From positions 4,002-68,001 of the forward strand of contig JAFNJB010000056.1 in NCBI GenBank assembly GCA_017601245.1: a DNA stretch of 64,000 nucleotides, given 5' to 3'. The stretch's first letter is position 1; the number at the start of each line of letters is the position of its first letter. The position numbers and the translations under genes are program-made. The notes below the pieces were generated by a model. It did no database searches, was not told the origin of the DNA, and saw nothing but the letters and a program-made list of their open reading frames with translations. This DNA comes from Candidatus Brockarchaeota archaeon. Lineage in GTDB: Archaea > Thermoproteota > EX4484-205 > JAAOZP01. Of this stretch, positions 28,533 to 38,338 are shown in pieces.

Positions 28533-29797
28533 TCTATGATTACACCGTGTCCGATTAGCCTCCAGCGTCTTTCAAAAAGCCTGCTTACCGCAACCCTTTG
28601 ACCCTTCTCTGCGCACACTGGTATTTTAAGGTCAAGCCTAACCCTGTTTTCGCGCACATCCTTAACAGTTGCCTGAGTAAGGGCTGAGCCTACGTTCACG
28701 TTTAAAACCTCCCCTACTCTAAGAGGTTCGTTCTTCACCATGTCTCTTACACCAACAACTCTTTCAAACATGCTATACTCTAGAGTTATGCTTCTGGTAA
28801 CTGGCGGCAAAGTTCCGGGTTTACCGGCAATATTGCCGACTAGCATATCGTTCTTAGTTAGAGAAGGATCTAGCGTTGTACCTATCCCAACTAACCCGCC
28901 GCTCCTAACCTTTTCTACGAAGACATTGTCAAACCCCACTGAGACAACCTCGGCTGTTAACGGGATTGTTTCAACAGTATCATCCTTCTTAACCCTTAAA
29001 CCTGGAAGTATTTCCAACTCATCGCCTACTTTTATCTCACCCCTCACAACGGAGCCGCCTATGACCCCACCGCGCATTTCCGTAGCTTTAGTTCCAGGCC
29101 TATTAACGTCGAAAGACCTTATTACTATCATCCTAGCTGGAGAACTCAAATCGAAGGTTGGCGTTGGAACCTCTTTCTGAATGACATAGAGCAGGATATC
29201 TATGTTAACCTTGTGTTGTGCAGACACAGGCACTATAGTAGCATCAGCATAGCTCGTCTTTGAAAGAAACTGTTTTATTTCCTCCAAGTTTTTTAAAGCC
29301 CTTTCTCTAGAAACAATATCTATCTTATTCTGTACTACAATCAGTTTCTTAATACCCATTATCTCAGCGGCTAGGAGGTGTTCGTATGTTTGAGGCTGAG
29401 GACAGATCTCATCTGCACCTATTACAAGTATCGCAGCATCCATTACAGCTGCTCCGCTCAGCATAGTCGTCATTAGAATCTCGTGGCCAGGAGAATCGAC
29501 GAAGCTTATCTTCCTCTGGAAAACGGCTTCAGAACCACATGAGCATTTTGGAGCCGTAGTATAGTTATACGGCGGTGGGCACTTAGGGCATTGGAAAACA
29601 CTGAAGTTAGCATAGCCAAGTTTTATCGTTATTCCTCTCTTCAACTCATCACTGTGCTTAGCAGTCCAAACTCCAGTAATAGCCTGGACGAGCGTTGTTT
29701 TACCGTGATCTACATGACCAAGCGTTCCAAGATTTAGACAAGGCTGTATATATTTATAGTCCTCGATTTTTAAACCCCCTCCGTAACTATCTTCATA
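28529..29797 (-). CDS. eif2g: Translation initiation factor 2 subunit gamma. True N-terminus (P-loop GHVDHGKTT) lies upstream of the track TTG start; no canonical start codon in frame
   Basis: Own translation upstream of 29644: ...GLKIEDYKYIQPCLNLGTLGHVDHGKTTLVQAITGVWTAKHSDELKRGITIKLGYA..., then zinc ribbon and EF-Tu-like domains. Confidence 0.8.
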   Translation of the reverse strand, partial: YEDSYGGGLKIEDYKYIQPCLNLGTLGHVDHGKTTLVQAITGVWTAKHSDELKRGITIKLGYANFSVFQCPKCPPPYNYTTAPKCSCGSEAVFQRKISFVDSPGHEILMTTMLSGAAVMDAAILVIGADEICPQPQTYEHLLAAEIMGIKKLIVVQNKIDIVSRERALKNLEEIKQFLSKTSYADATIVPVSAQHKVNIDILLYVIQKEVPTPTFDLSSPARMIVIRSFDVNRPGTKATEMRGGVIGGSVVRGEIKVGDELEILPGLRVKKDDTVETIPLTAEVVSVGFDNVFVEKVRSGGLVGIGTTLDPSLTKNDMLVGNIAGKPGTLPPVTRSITLEYSMFERVVGVRDMVKNEPLRVGEVLNVNVGSALTQATVKDVRENRVRLDLKIPVCAEKGQRVAVSRLFERRWRLIGHGVIID

Positions 29798-30114
29798 TTA
29801 ACCTGGTATATGTCTTCAGATATCTGATTGCCCCTTACGAGCATCTTCACCCTTGTCTTACCGGCGTGCGTCTTCTTATTCACCAGTATATACTTCTTAA
29901 CCCCACCCTGTACTGAGGGGACCATCGGTGTCCCAGACCTATCCGAGCCTCCCGTTATCATCAGCTTAACCCCGGGCTTGCCCACTATGGAACCGTCTAT
30001 AATGCTTCCTATTTTCAAGCCTAGGAGGGGGATTGCATTACTCCCCTCAAGCTTTACAGACTCTGTCTTACCGGTTCTCGGATCTGCAATGCACAGCTTA
30101 AACTCAGGCGGCAT
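29770..30114 (-). CDS. rps6e: 30S ribosomal protein S6e
   Basis: RTGKTESVKLEG...GGSDRSGTPM pattern. Confidence 0.85.
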   Translation of the reverse strand: MPPEFKLCIADPRTGKTESVKLEGSNAIPLLGLKIGSIIDGSIVGKPGVKLMITGGSDRSGTPMVPSVQGGVKKYILVNKKTHAGKTRVKMLVRGNQISEDIYQVNMKIVTEGV

Positions 30115-30156
30115 GCTGAGTATTCTTCATAGCCCCCGTATTAAAACATTAAGTTG

Positions 30157-31926
30157 CTACAACCCGTAGAATGGATTCTCCTTCCTCTTAAGGCCTGAAA
30201 TCTCTTCAAGAGCCTCTAAGTAATGGGGGGCAAGCTGGTTTTTGAAAACCTTGTTTATCAGAGAGGCATCCTTGGCTGGGACGTCGACTAGAAGCACATC
30301 ATCCTCCTTTAGGCTCCTGCCGACGACTGCTTCGGGTATTGATATTGCAACCTCCTCCCCGGCCTCAGCCTTTGGAACTGGTTTCCCCTCTTTCTGTATC
30401 TGCTGTATTACGCCTATTTTCTCACCCTTTAAGTTCATCAGTGGAAAGCCTGGCTTTATCCCGCCGGACTCAACCCTGACCCCGACTATTGCAGGCTTGC
30501 TCCTCCTAAAGATGTAATTCGGTAAGACCCTTATCTTCCCAGGTAGGACGAGTTGTTCAAGCTGTGTTTGAATCTCTCTCTGCTTTTCCCTCTTACGCCA
30601 TTCTGCGAATTCTTCGACAAGCTGGTAGATTATCCTGTTTTCGAAAATCGGCACCCCCCTCTTCCTAGCCTCCTCCATGGCTTCAGGCATTATCTTAACG
30701 TTGAATACGAGGAGAGCTCTGAGAGTAGGGTCCTTTGAGGAGATGGATGCTTCTATTACGTCGCGCTCTGAAACTGGACCTATGTCTCCAATCCTTACCG
30801 GAATACCCTTCTTCTCAAGCTCGCTTACTATAGCTTCAAGAGAGCCCAACGTATCTGCCTTAACCACTATACCATCTTCGCCACTCCTAATCCTTATAGA
30901 CTCGACCTCAGCCATGATTTTCTGAATAGCATCTTCAACATTCCCCGTAGCCACAAGTATCGGTGAACCGGGCAATGCACCCTCTAAATCTGGTGCGACT
31001 ATCTTAACCCCTGCCGAGGGCCTTACTTCATCAACATGGTTAAACCTGTCTCTAGGGTCCCTCATCTCATCCAATGGCTTAGGCATCAACAGTGCCCTAA
31101 TCTTCGTGACGATAGGCTTGTTGAACCCCATTAAAACTATAGTATCATCCTTCCTCAATACTCCGTCGAAAATTACCGCGTTGACCGTAGTGCCCATTCC
31201 GGTTTCCTCAACAACTTCCAACACGACCCCTCTACCCGGACCTTCGCTGTATTCGAGCGAGGTTATGAGGAATTGTTGGATAAGGCCTATTAATACTGCT
31301 ATGACTTCTGAAACGCCCTCGCCAGTTACCGCACTCACTGGGACTATGGCGACATTCCTCCTAAAATCGGTTATACGATCAAACCTGTCGGATCTGAATC
31401 CCAGCATTGAAAGGTCTCCTATTATCTTGTAGAGATGATCATCCAATACTCGCTTAACTCTCTCCTCCTGTTTCGCAAAAGATTGCATAAAACTCAACGT
31501 CTTCTGTGGTTTCCAACCGGGTATGAGGTCAAGCTTATTCGCTGCAACTATGAAAGGCGTTTTCCTAACCCTCAATATTTCAAGAGACTCGACAGTCTGC
31601 GGCTCGACGCTCCTCAGAATATCTATTACGAGTATTGCAAAATCAGCAATCGACCCTCCCCTCTTCCTCAGGTTTACGAAAGCCTCGTGGCCAGGGGTAT
31701 CTATGAAAAGTATCCCAGGAACCTTGAGCTTCTCCTCCAGCCTTATGTTAAGAGTCTTAGCCACATCCACTATCACTTGAGAAGGGATGAGGCTGGCGCC
31801 CACGTGTTGAGTAATACCTCCGGCTTCCCTCATTGCTACGAATGTTCCACGTATCTTATCTAATAGAGAAGTTTTGCCACTATCCACATGTCCCAATACT
31901 ACCACTATGGGTTCCCTAACGCCCAT
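30157..31926 (-). CDS. infB: Translation initiation factor aIF5B (IF2 homologue)
   Basis: G1 GHVDSGKTSLLD, DTPGHEAF, NKLD. 589 aa, no intein. Confidence 0.9.
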   Translation of the reverse strand: MGVREPIVVVLGHVDSGKTSLLDKIRGTFVAMREAGGITQHVGASLIPSQVIVDVAKTLNIRLEEKLKVPGILFIDTPGHEAFVNLRKRGGSIADFAILVIDILRSVEPQTVESLEILRVRKTPFIVAANKLDLIPGWKPQKTLSFMQSFAKQEERVKRVLDDHLYKIIGDLSMLGFRSDRFDRITDFRRNVAIVPVSAVTGEGVSEVIAVLIGLIQQFLITSLEYSEGPGRGVVLEVVEETGMGTTVNAVIFDGVLRKDDTIVLMGFNKPIVTKIRALLMPKPLDEMRDPRDRFNHVDEVRPSAGVKIVAPDLEGALPGSPILVATGNVEDAIQKIMAEVESIRIRSGEDGIVVKADTLGSLEAIVSELEKKGIPVRIGDIGPVSERDVIEASISSKDPTLRALLVFNVKIMPEAMEEARKRGVPIFENRIIYQLVEEFAEWRKREKQREIQTQLEQLVLPGKIRVLPNYIFRRSKPAIVGVRVESGGIKPGFPLMNLKGEKIGVIQQIQKEGKPVPKAEAGEEVAISIPEAVVGRSLKEDDVLLVDVPAKDASLINKVFKNQLAPHYLEALEEISGLKRKENPFYGL

Positions 31927-32118
31927 TATCCCACAGAGACCTCCGAGTTTACTGTCCTGTAGCGATATTAATCTCTATCTCATAAAACCAAACCGATTCA
32001 CCACCTGATGGAGAGGATGTTAAAAAGACGTTAAGACGAGTTTTATCCCATGTCATAATTAATAAATGCGACATCAGCCCACCCCCTTATAAAACCGTAG
32101 GTTTCGAAAAATCAGTAG

Positions 32119-32778
32119 TCAATTAGAGAATTCTTTTAATGCTTCAATTATCATCTCTACAGCCTTATCCGGCGAAATATCCTCCCCAGATTTGCTGGAT
32201 TCATAGAAGAAGTCTAGGACAATCCCCTTCTTACGATAATATTCCAATAGTGGTGCAACCTCCTTCTTGTATATCCCTATCCTCTCTCTGATTATCTCGG
32301 GCCTATCATCTTCTCTCTGATAGAGTTCTCCACCGCATTTGTCGCATACACCATCAACCTTCGGTGGAAGTGTAATCCTATTGTATATTGCGCCACAATT
32401 CCTGCAAATCAGCCTTGACGATAATCTTCTAACTATTACTTCATCTGGCACGTTCAGGTTTATTACGACGTCGATTTTTGAAATCCTATCCAAGAATTCT
32501 GCCTGATTCACCGTCCTGGGATACCCGTCCAGTATGAAGCCATTCTTACAGTCTTCCTTGGAAAGCCTCTTCTCCATCACCGCGTTCACAACATCGTCTG
32601 GAACGAGTTTACCGCTTGAAACATAGCTGGAAATACTGTTTCCAAGTTCACTACCGCTTTTAATCTCTTCTCTAAATATGTCTCCTGTAGAGATGTGTGG
32701 TATCCCTAGCCTCGATGCCAGCCTAGATGAGTATGTCCCCTTCCCAGAACCCGGTGGACCGAGTATAACGATCTTCAT
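32119..32778 (-). CDS. adk: Adenylate kinase, long bacterial/eukaryal type with zinc LID (CRNCG...CDKCG)
   Basis: P-loop ILGPPGSGKGT, LID Cys4. Confidence 0.85.
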   Translation of the reverse strand: MKIVILGPPGSGKGTYSSRLASRLGIPHISTGDIFREEIKSGSELGNSISSYVSSGKLVPDDVVNAVMEKRLSKEDCKNGFILDGYPRTVNQAEFLDRISKIDVVINLNVPDEVIVRRLSSRLICRNCGAIYNRITLPPKVDGVCDKCGGELYQREDDRPEIIRERIGIYKKEVAPLLEYYRKKGIVLDFFYESSKSGEDISPDKAVEMIIEALKEFSN

Positions 32779-32966
32779 TTTCCAGACTCCTGCTTAGCTT
32801 TAATCACCCACTTTACCTTCCTCGGATTCCTGCCTAGCTTAAAGTTCTTGAAGCATTTCGAGCTACAGAACCTGAATATGCTCCCGTCTTTCTTAACGTA
32901 TATTATGCCCTCTCCGCTGGGGAAGGTCTCGTTGCAGAAGCTACATTGGAAGAATGTTGGCGTGGC
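32775..32966 (-). CDS. rpl24e: 50S ribosomal protein L24e (no canonical start codon in frame)
   Basis: Own translation: (ATPTFFQ)CSFCNETFPSGEGIIYVKKDGSIFRFCSSKCFKNFKLGRNPRKVKWV... TGA overlaps the adk ATG (ATGA). Confidence 0.65.
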   Translation of the reverse strand, partial: ATPTFFQCSFCNETFPSGEGIIYVKKDGSIFRFCSSKCFKNFKLGRNPRKVKWVIKAKQESGK

Positions 32967-32969
32967 TCA

Positions 32970-33176
32970 TCACCCTGAGAATCTTCTAGCTTCTCTTTCA
33001 GTCTCCCTTAGCATGAGTATGTCTCCAACTCTAACGGGACCACGAACGTTCCTAAGTATCACTCTACCCCTGTCTCTGCCTGCCAGTATCCTTACTCTAA
33101 CCTGGGTAACCTCACCAGAAGCCCCTGACCTAGCCACTAGTTCGACGACTTCCGCTGGAGTAGCTTCTTCGCTCAA
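32970..33176 (-). CDS. rps28e: 30S ribosomal protein S28e
   Basis: [47 protein letters not shown]. Confidence 0.85.
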   Translation of the reverse strand: MSEEATPAEVVELVARSGASGEVTQVRVRILAGRDRGRVILRNVRGPVRVGDILMLRETEREARRFSG

Positions 33177-33565
33177 GATGAGCCTCCACCCGATGATCGC
33201 AGAGCCTCTATCTTCTTAACAACGCTTTCAAGCATTGAGGAGGCTTCACCAGGGTCGATTATCGCTACCGCTGCGGCAGATACATTCGCCAACCCAGCGG
33301 CTTCGCCCAATTGCTTCTTATCCGGTACGACAATATAGGGGATCTTCCTATCCCTACTTAGTAAAGGTATGTGCAAGACTATCTCTACCGGATCCGTATT
33401 GTCAGCTATATAGGCAAGTTTCGCAATACCTCTTTCAAGAGCTTTCGTGGTTTCATTGGTGCCCCTTTTCACCTTACCCGTCTTGGCTGCCAGCCTAAGG
33501 AGCTCTAGAGCCTCTTCCACCAGCTCCTTAGTAGGCTCGTAATCGGCCGTTGTAATCCTAGCCAT
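33173..33565 (-). CDS. rpl7ae: 50S ribosomal protein L7Ae (K-turn binding)
   Basis: [14 protein letters not shown]...IADN..P.EIV.HIPLL. Confidence 0.9.
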   Translation of the reverse strand: MARITTADYEPTKELVEEALELLRLAAKTGKVKRGTNETTKALERGIAKLAYIADNTDPVEIVLHIPLLSRDRKIPYIVVPDKKQLGEAAGLANVSAAAVAIIDPGEASSMLESVVKKIEALRSSGGGSS

Positions 33566-33631
33566 TTTCGTTTAAGCACCTCTACCCGCTCCAAACCGGT
33601 AGAGAGGGGGTATAAAAACTTACTTGGGAGG

Positions 33632-35377
33632 CTAAGGGTGGGAGAAAATCAGCTCAACCGCGTCTGTAGATGTTTTCTCCACCATGCAGAAACCGAATCT
33701 TACTAGCTGGATCATCTTCCCTGGGGAGAGCCTTGTCAAGTGGGATTCTCCAAAGCCCTCGACGTAGCTTGCATCAGGCATTAACACGCGTGTTTTAACA
33801 GCATCATTCAGCATGACCCATTGTATTAATTTCACGCCAGCCGATTTTTCAGGAACCTCCACACCTTTGAAGAATGCTGTTAACGATTTTGCTTCAGGAT
33901 CGACTTTTTCAATCTCTACGTTGAATAGCGAGATTAGTCTAATTCTCGAACCTGGTTTAAGGCTTATTACGTCTTCCGCTGGGACGAGTAACTCAACTCT
34001 TCCCTGGGTAGGGTCGATAACGATTGTTCTGAAACCAAGCTCAGGCCTACTCGGGTGACGGTATAGTCTTGCTTCAATCCTTCCAGGGGTATTTTCAACA
34101 ACAAGCCTGAAAGGATCTTTAACGAAGTAGTAGCGCTCCGAATCGTAGTCTACAACCTCCCTATTGTAAGCGTAGAGGTTTTCCCATTTGACCATTGCCT
34201 CGGTTATGTTAAGCCCCATGTCGAGTATTACCCTTCTTATAACCTCCGGCCTGAAGCCTCTCCTCCTTAAGGACCTTAATGTGCCGAGCCTGGGATCGTC
34301 TAAGCTCTTGTAAAGACCCTGCATCCAGCCTTTCATTATCTTAGACTTGCTCAAGACGCTCTTCTCTAAGCCTACTCTCCCTATGTGTATTGAAACTGGT
34401 TGTGGAGCATTCAAATACTGGAAGACATATGACTGGCGGACCTCGTTAGTCATGTGTTCTTTCCCCCTTATTACGTGTGAGACCTGCATTTCATAATCGT
34501 CTATTGCGCAAGACCAGTTGTAGAGAGGCCAGACTCTAAACCCCTTTACCCTAGGGTGCTCGGCCAAGTCTATTCTTAAAGCAGGCCAGTCCCTTACTGC
34601 GGGATTGGGATGCTGCATATCCGTCTTAACTCTTACAACAGCCTCACCTGGATTAAGACCTCCGTTCAACATCTTGTCCCAGAGGCTTAGGCTTACGGAA
34701 GGATCCTGTTCTCTATGTGGACATGGCTTGCCCTCACGTTCGAAAACTCTGAATTCTTCAGGCTTGCAGAGACATACGTATGCAAAGCCTTTCTCCAAAA
34801 AACTTTCAGCATGCTCGTAGTATATGGGGAGTCTGTCAGATTGGTAATGTATCTCATCCGGCTCTATTCCCAGCCATTTCAAATCCTCAACTACCCATTC
34901 GTAAGCATCCTTCAATGGTGGTTTGACAGACGGAGAAGTATCTTCAAACCTCAGTATGAATTTTCCATTCATCTTCTTAGCGTAATAGTCGCAGAGTACA
35001 GCTGGCCTAGCGTTCCCAAGGGTCAAAGGCCCGTCTGGATTTGGCGCGAACCTCAAAACAACCTTAGCAAACCCTTCTGCTCTAGGAAGAGGAGGAAGTT
35101 CTTGTTTAACAACTTTTTCAACTCTTTGAATGCCGCCGAGTTTCTTTAGCAAATCGGTCTGTTCGCTCAGAGACATCTTGTTAACCCTCTCAGTTATCTC
35201 TCGAACTATTGGAATAATTTCTTTAACACGAGTCCTCAAGCCAGGATTTGTGCCGAGTAGTTTTCCAAGAACTGCCTCAGGCTTAGCAACTCCGTTGAAG
35301 GAGACTGCGTTTTCTAAAGCAATCCTCTCTATAAGGCTCTTAACATCATCAAGACTCATGGGAAAGCCTCCTTCCAT
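33632..35377 (-). CDS. gltX: Glutamyl-tRNA synthetase (archaeal type) with HIGH motif variant TLGN
   Basis: LRFAPNPDGPLTLGNARPA...LRFEDT...YVCLC, KMSKS-like VLSKSK, archaeal-type N-terminal helical domain. Confidence 0.8.
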   Translation of the reverse strand: MEGGFPMSLDDVKSLIERIALENAVSFNGVAKPEAVLGKLLGTNPGLRTRVKEIIPIVREITERVNKMSLSEQTDLLKKLGGIQRVEKVVKQELPPLPRAEGFAKVVLRFAPNPDGPLTLGNARPAVLCDYYAKKMNGKFILRFEDTSPSVKPPLKDAYEWVVEDLKWLGIEPDEIHYQSDRLPIYYEHAESFLEKGFAYVCLCKPEEFRVFEREGKPCPHREQDPSVSLSLWDKMLNGGLNPGEAVVRVKTDMQHPNPAVRDWPALRIDLAEHPRVKGFRVWPLYNWSCAIDDYEMQVSHVIRGKEHMTNEVRQSYVFQYLNAPQPVSIHIGRVGLEKSVLSKSKIMKGWMQGLYKSLDDPRLGTLRSLRRRGFRPEVIRRVILDMGLNITEAMVKWENLYAYNREVVDYDSERYYFVKDPFRLVVENTPGRIEARLYRHPSRPELGFRTIVIDPTQGRVELLVPAEDVISLKPGSRIRLISLFNVEIEKVDPEAKSLTAFFKGVEVPEKSAGVKLIQWVMLNDAVKTRVLMPDASYVEGFGESHLTRLSPGKMIQLVRFGFCMVEKTSTDAVELIFSHP

Positions 35378-36452
35378 CGAGAAGCTTATTGAGCAACCCC
35401 CTCTGCTCCAACCATTCCATGGTCTTACCCCTCACTACAATGGGCACTTTACTAAGTTCATCCAGGTTCCTTGCACCCGTGAGGAACATAGCGAACTTGA
35501 GTGCGAGTTCGAATGATTTTACTAGCCTACGAGCCTCCTCAACACCGCCTTTTGAAAAAGCTTTCAAGAAGGGCAGGGCCATGCCAGTACAGTCAGCACC
35601 TAATGCAATTGCTTTCGCAGCATCGATCCCAGTCCTTATTCCGCCACTAGCAATTACCCTGAGCCCCGTACATGTTTTAGCTTCAACTATGCTTACAGCC
35701 GTTGGAACACCCCAATCCCAAAAGGCTTCGCCCAGTAATCTCGCCTTATCAGCACCCTTCTTTTTAGCACGGTAATATTCAACGGCATACCAACTTGTAC
35801 CGCCCACGCCAGCAGTATCTATCCATTTAACACCCCACGATTCTATGATTCTAGCCGCTTCTCCGCTGAAGCCTGCTCCAGTCTCCTTTAAGCATAGTTT
35901 TTCCCCAAGCCTTTTAGAGAGTTCAGCAATATATTTCCCGTATCCCTTAAAACAAGTCTCCCCCTCTGGCATGACAAGTTCTTGAAGCTTATTGAAATGT
36001 ATGGCCAAAGAATCTGCATCAACAACTTGCATAGCCCTTAAAGCATAGTCTAAACCATGTCTAGCAACCTGGACTGCACCGATGTTGGAAATCACAAGGG
36101 TATTTGGAGCCCTCTCTCTAACTATAGAGTAGGTATCGATTAATCTTGGATTTTCCAAGGCTGCTCTAACGCTTCCGACACCTATTCCTATGCCTTCTGA
36201 TTCAGCTACTTCTGCAAGACCCATGTTTATTCTCTTGGCTTCTGGAGTACCCCCGGTGAGGGCCTCTATTATCAGGGGTAGTCTAAGCCTCTTACCCATT
36301 ACTACGGCACTAGTATCCACCTCCTCTAGATCTATCTCGCATACAGCATTGTGAATAAGCTCTACATCTTCAAGCCCCGTGCTAATTCTTGAAGAGACTT
36401 TTTCAGTAAGAGCTATGCGAATATGCTCCGCCTTCCTATCTTCTATAGTCAC
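35349..36452 (-). CDS. fni: Isopentenyl-diphosphate delta-isomerase type 2 (FMN-dependent)
   Basis: TIM-barrel IDI-2 pattern (ASGGIRTG, GAD..G). Confidence 0.85.
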   Translation of the reverse strand: MTIEDRKAEHIRIALTEKVSSRISTGLEDVELIHNAVCEIDLEEVDTSAVVMGKRLRLPLIIEALTGGTPEAKRINMGLAEVAESEGIGIGVGSVRAALENPRLIDTYSIVRERAPNTLVISNIGAVQVARHGLDYALRAMQVVDADSLAIHFNKLQELVMPEGETCFKGYGKYIAELSKRLGEKLCLKETGAGFSGEAARIIESWGVKWIDTAGVGGTSWYAVEYYRAKKKGADKARLLGEAFWDWGVPTAVSIVEAKTCTGLRVIASGGIRTGIDAAKAIALGADCTGMALPFLKAFSKGGVEEARRLVKSFELALKFAMFLTGARNLDELSKVPIVVRGKTMEWLEQRGLLNKLLDGRRLSHES

Positions 36453-36526
36453 AACTCATATTCCGTCACTAGCGTTTTTAAACTCTTGTTAACTTTCAAC
36501 GAGTCTGAGAACATGTTTCAGCGTTT

Positions 36527-37483
36527 TCAGTCCAGCTCTTCCAGGCGGACCCCAGTCTCAACAGTTTTAAGAACCCTCGATTTAACGTTAATACTCTTCA
36601 GGGCCTCTTCAACTTGGCTAAGGGACTTCTCATCAACCAAGATTAAAACGCATCCTCCTCCACCGGCGCCCGTGAGCTTCGCGCCGTAGGCTCCTGAAGA
36701 TATGCTTGTCCAAACTATCGAATCAAGCCTACTATTAGAAACGCCTAGTAGTGAAAGCAGGAGATGGTTGAGGGTCATAAGCTTTCCTGCTTCAATCATG
36801 TCGCTCTGCAATACTCTGCTAATCTTCACCGTAATATCGCTTATAGACCTCATCGTTATATTGAACAAGTCGGGTTCTTTCTCCTTAAGGGAAGCAACTT
36901 TTAACACCATTTCCCTAGTATTACGCTCCATACCAGAATCGGCGAGTAGGAATATGCCACTCCCGGCCTCAAGTTTTTCAAAACCCTTGTCCTTAACGAA
37001 GAGTATTAAGCCTCCTTTAATTGCCGCAATCACGTCGACTCCACTGGGGTTAGCATGAGCAACCCTTTCCCCCTCCATCGCAAGCTTGAAAACCTTTTCT
37101 TCGGGGGGGTCATCATACACTATTTTCAATAGGGCATATGCGAGAGCTACCGATATCGAAGCTGATGAACCCATGCCGGATGCTGGGGGTATGTCAGAAC
37201 TCACACGGACCTTAAGCTTCCCCCTGAAAGATTCAGACTCATTGAAGACGTTGATTATTTTAGCGAGAGGTTTCAATGCCGATGGGCCGGATAATGCTCC
37301 ACCAATCACCTTGCCGATTCCGTATTTTTCAGAGCATATTTCGTGAGGACCGAATTCATCAATCGTCTCCACGATAACCCTAGAGTAAACGTCTACAGCA
37401 GCGACTAGTGCTGGATAACCGTATACAACTGAGTGCTCCCCTGAGATGATAACTTTCGCAGGGGCTTTGCAAGATATTCGCAA
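36527..37483 (-). CDS. mvk: Mevalonate kinase (GHMP family)
   Basis: KAPAKVIISGEHSVVYGYPAL, GMGSSAS GHMP motif. Confidence 0.75.
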   Translation of the reverse strand: MRISCKAPAKVIISGEHSVVYGYPALVAAVDVYSRVIVETIDEFGPHEICSEKYGIGKVIGGALSGPSALKPLAKIINVFNESESFRGKLKVRVSSDIPPASGMGSSASISVALAYALLKIVYDDPPEEKVFKLAMEGERVAHANPSGVDVIAAIKGGLILFVKDKGFEKLEAGSGIFLLADSGMERNTREMVLKVASLKEKEPDLFNITMRSISDITVKISRVLQSDMIEAGKLMTLNHLLLSLLGVSNSRLDSIVWTSISSGAYGAKLTGAGGGGCVLILVDEKSLSQVEEALKSINVKSRVLKTVETGVRLEELD

Positions 37484-37489
37484 GTCCCG

Positions 37490-38335
37490 TCACTTGTAAA
37501 ATGCTATGGACGCGTATCCGACTACCCCGCCGTAATCCCCCGATATTTCCCCACTATGATAGTATTTCAATAGGGATGCTTTTGAACAACCCATTTCCTT
37601 CATGCATGAAACCAATGCAACCACTGGTCCAAGGCCGCAGAGCGATTCGTAAGACGAGGCTATTGAATGCACTCGCTTCTCGTCAAGCGATTCTATAGCC
37701 CTTATTGTCGCCATATCTTTCTCTTCAGCCTCGCTTGCAGGGACATAATGGCTCATATCCGAGCTTGCAATGACTAAGGATTTCCTATTCTCCAATGCTT
37801 TTGCTAGGGCCTTGCCAAGTTCCACGTTCCTCTTCAATTCGAAGTCGTGTATTATTATTGGAACCAGCTTGAATGAGCCTCCGTATATCAACTGTAAGAA
37901 TGGAAGCTGCAGTTCAATAGAGTGTTCAAAAGAATGTGCGTAGGGGTTGTCCTCGACGAAAGGCGCATAGCTGAGGAGTAGGCTCGCCACCTGCTTATCA
38001 ATCTCAACATCGCCTAGTGGAGTCCTCCAGGACCCCTCGCTCATCGTAGCAAATCCTATTGAAGCCATGTGGTGGTCAGGCCCCATGATAACTACTATAT
38101 CTCTCGGGCCGTGCTTTGCAGCTTCACCATAAGCCCAGGTTGCAGCCATACCGGAGTACACGTAGCCAGCGTGTGGGACCATGAGCCCTATGAGGCTCGG
38201 GTTGTACTCGCCTAATTCGGGTTTCTTCCCGAATCCAAGCCTACCTTTGAAAAGAGATTCGAGTTGCTCTAACAAGCCCTCTTTAGTGCCTTCATACCAG
38301 CTTCCCGCGTAGGCTGGCTTCCTAACTCTGACCAT
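37490..38335 (-). CDS. MEMO1-family protein
   Basis: PHAGYVYSG and GPDHH motifs. Confidence 0.7.
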   Translation of the reverse strand: MVRVRKPAYAGSWYEGTKEGLLEQLESLFKGRLGFGKKPELGEYNPSLIGLMVPHAGYVYSGMAATWAYGEAAKHGPRDIVVIMGPDHHMASIGFATMSEGSWRTPLGDVEIDKQVASLLLSYAPFVEDNPYAHSFEHSIELQLPFLQLIYGGSFKLVPIIIHDFELKRNVELGKALAKALENRKSLVIASSDMSHYVPASEAEEKDMATIRAIESLDEKRVHSIASSYESLCGLGPVVALVSCMKEMGCSKASLLKYYHSGEISGDYGGVVGYASIAFYK

Positions 38336-38338
38336 TCT

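Noticed and set aside
30157-31926. Intein in aIF5B or SecY
   Set aside because: Both proteins have normal lengths (589 and 470 aa) and contiguous conserved motifs. No insertion with a Cys/Ser...HN intein signature.
34715-35516. Two plus-strand ORFs (144 and 128 aa) overlapping gltX/fni
   Set aside because: Antisense to well-supported genes. No recognisable motifs. Typical shadow ORFs in roughly 50%-GC coding DNA.
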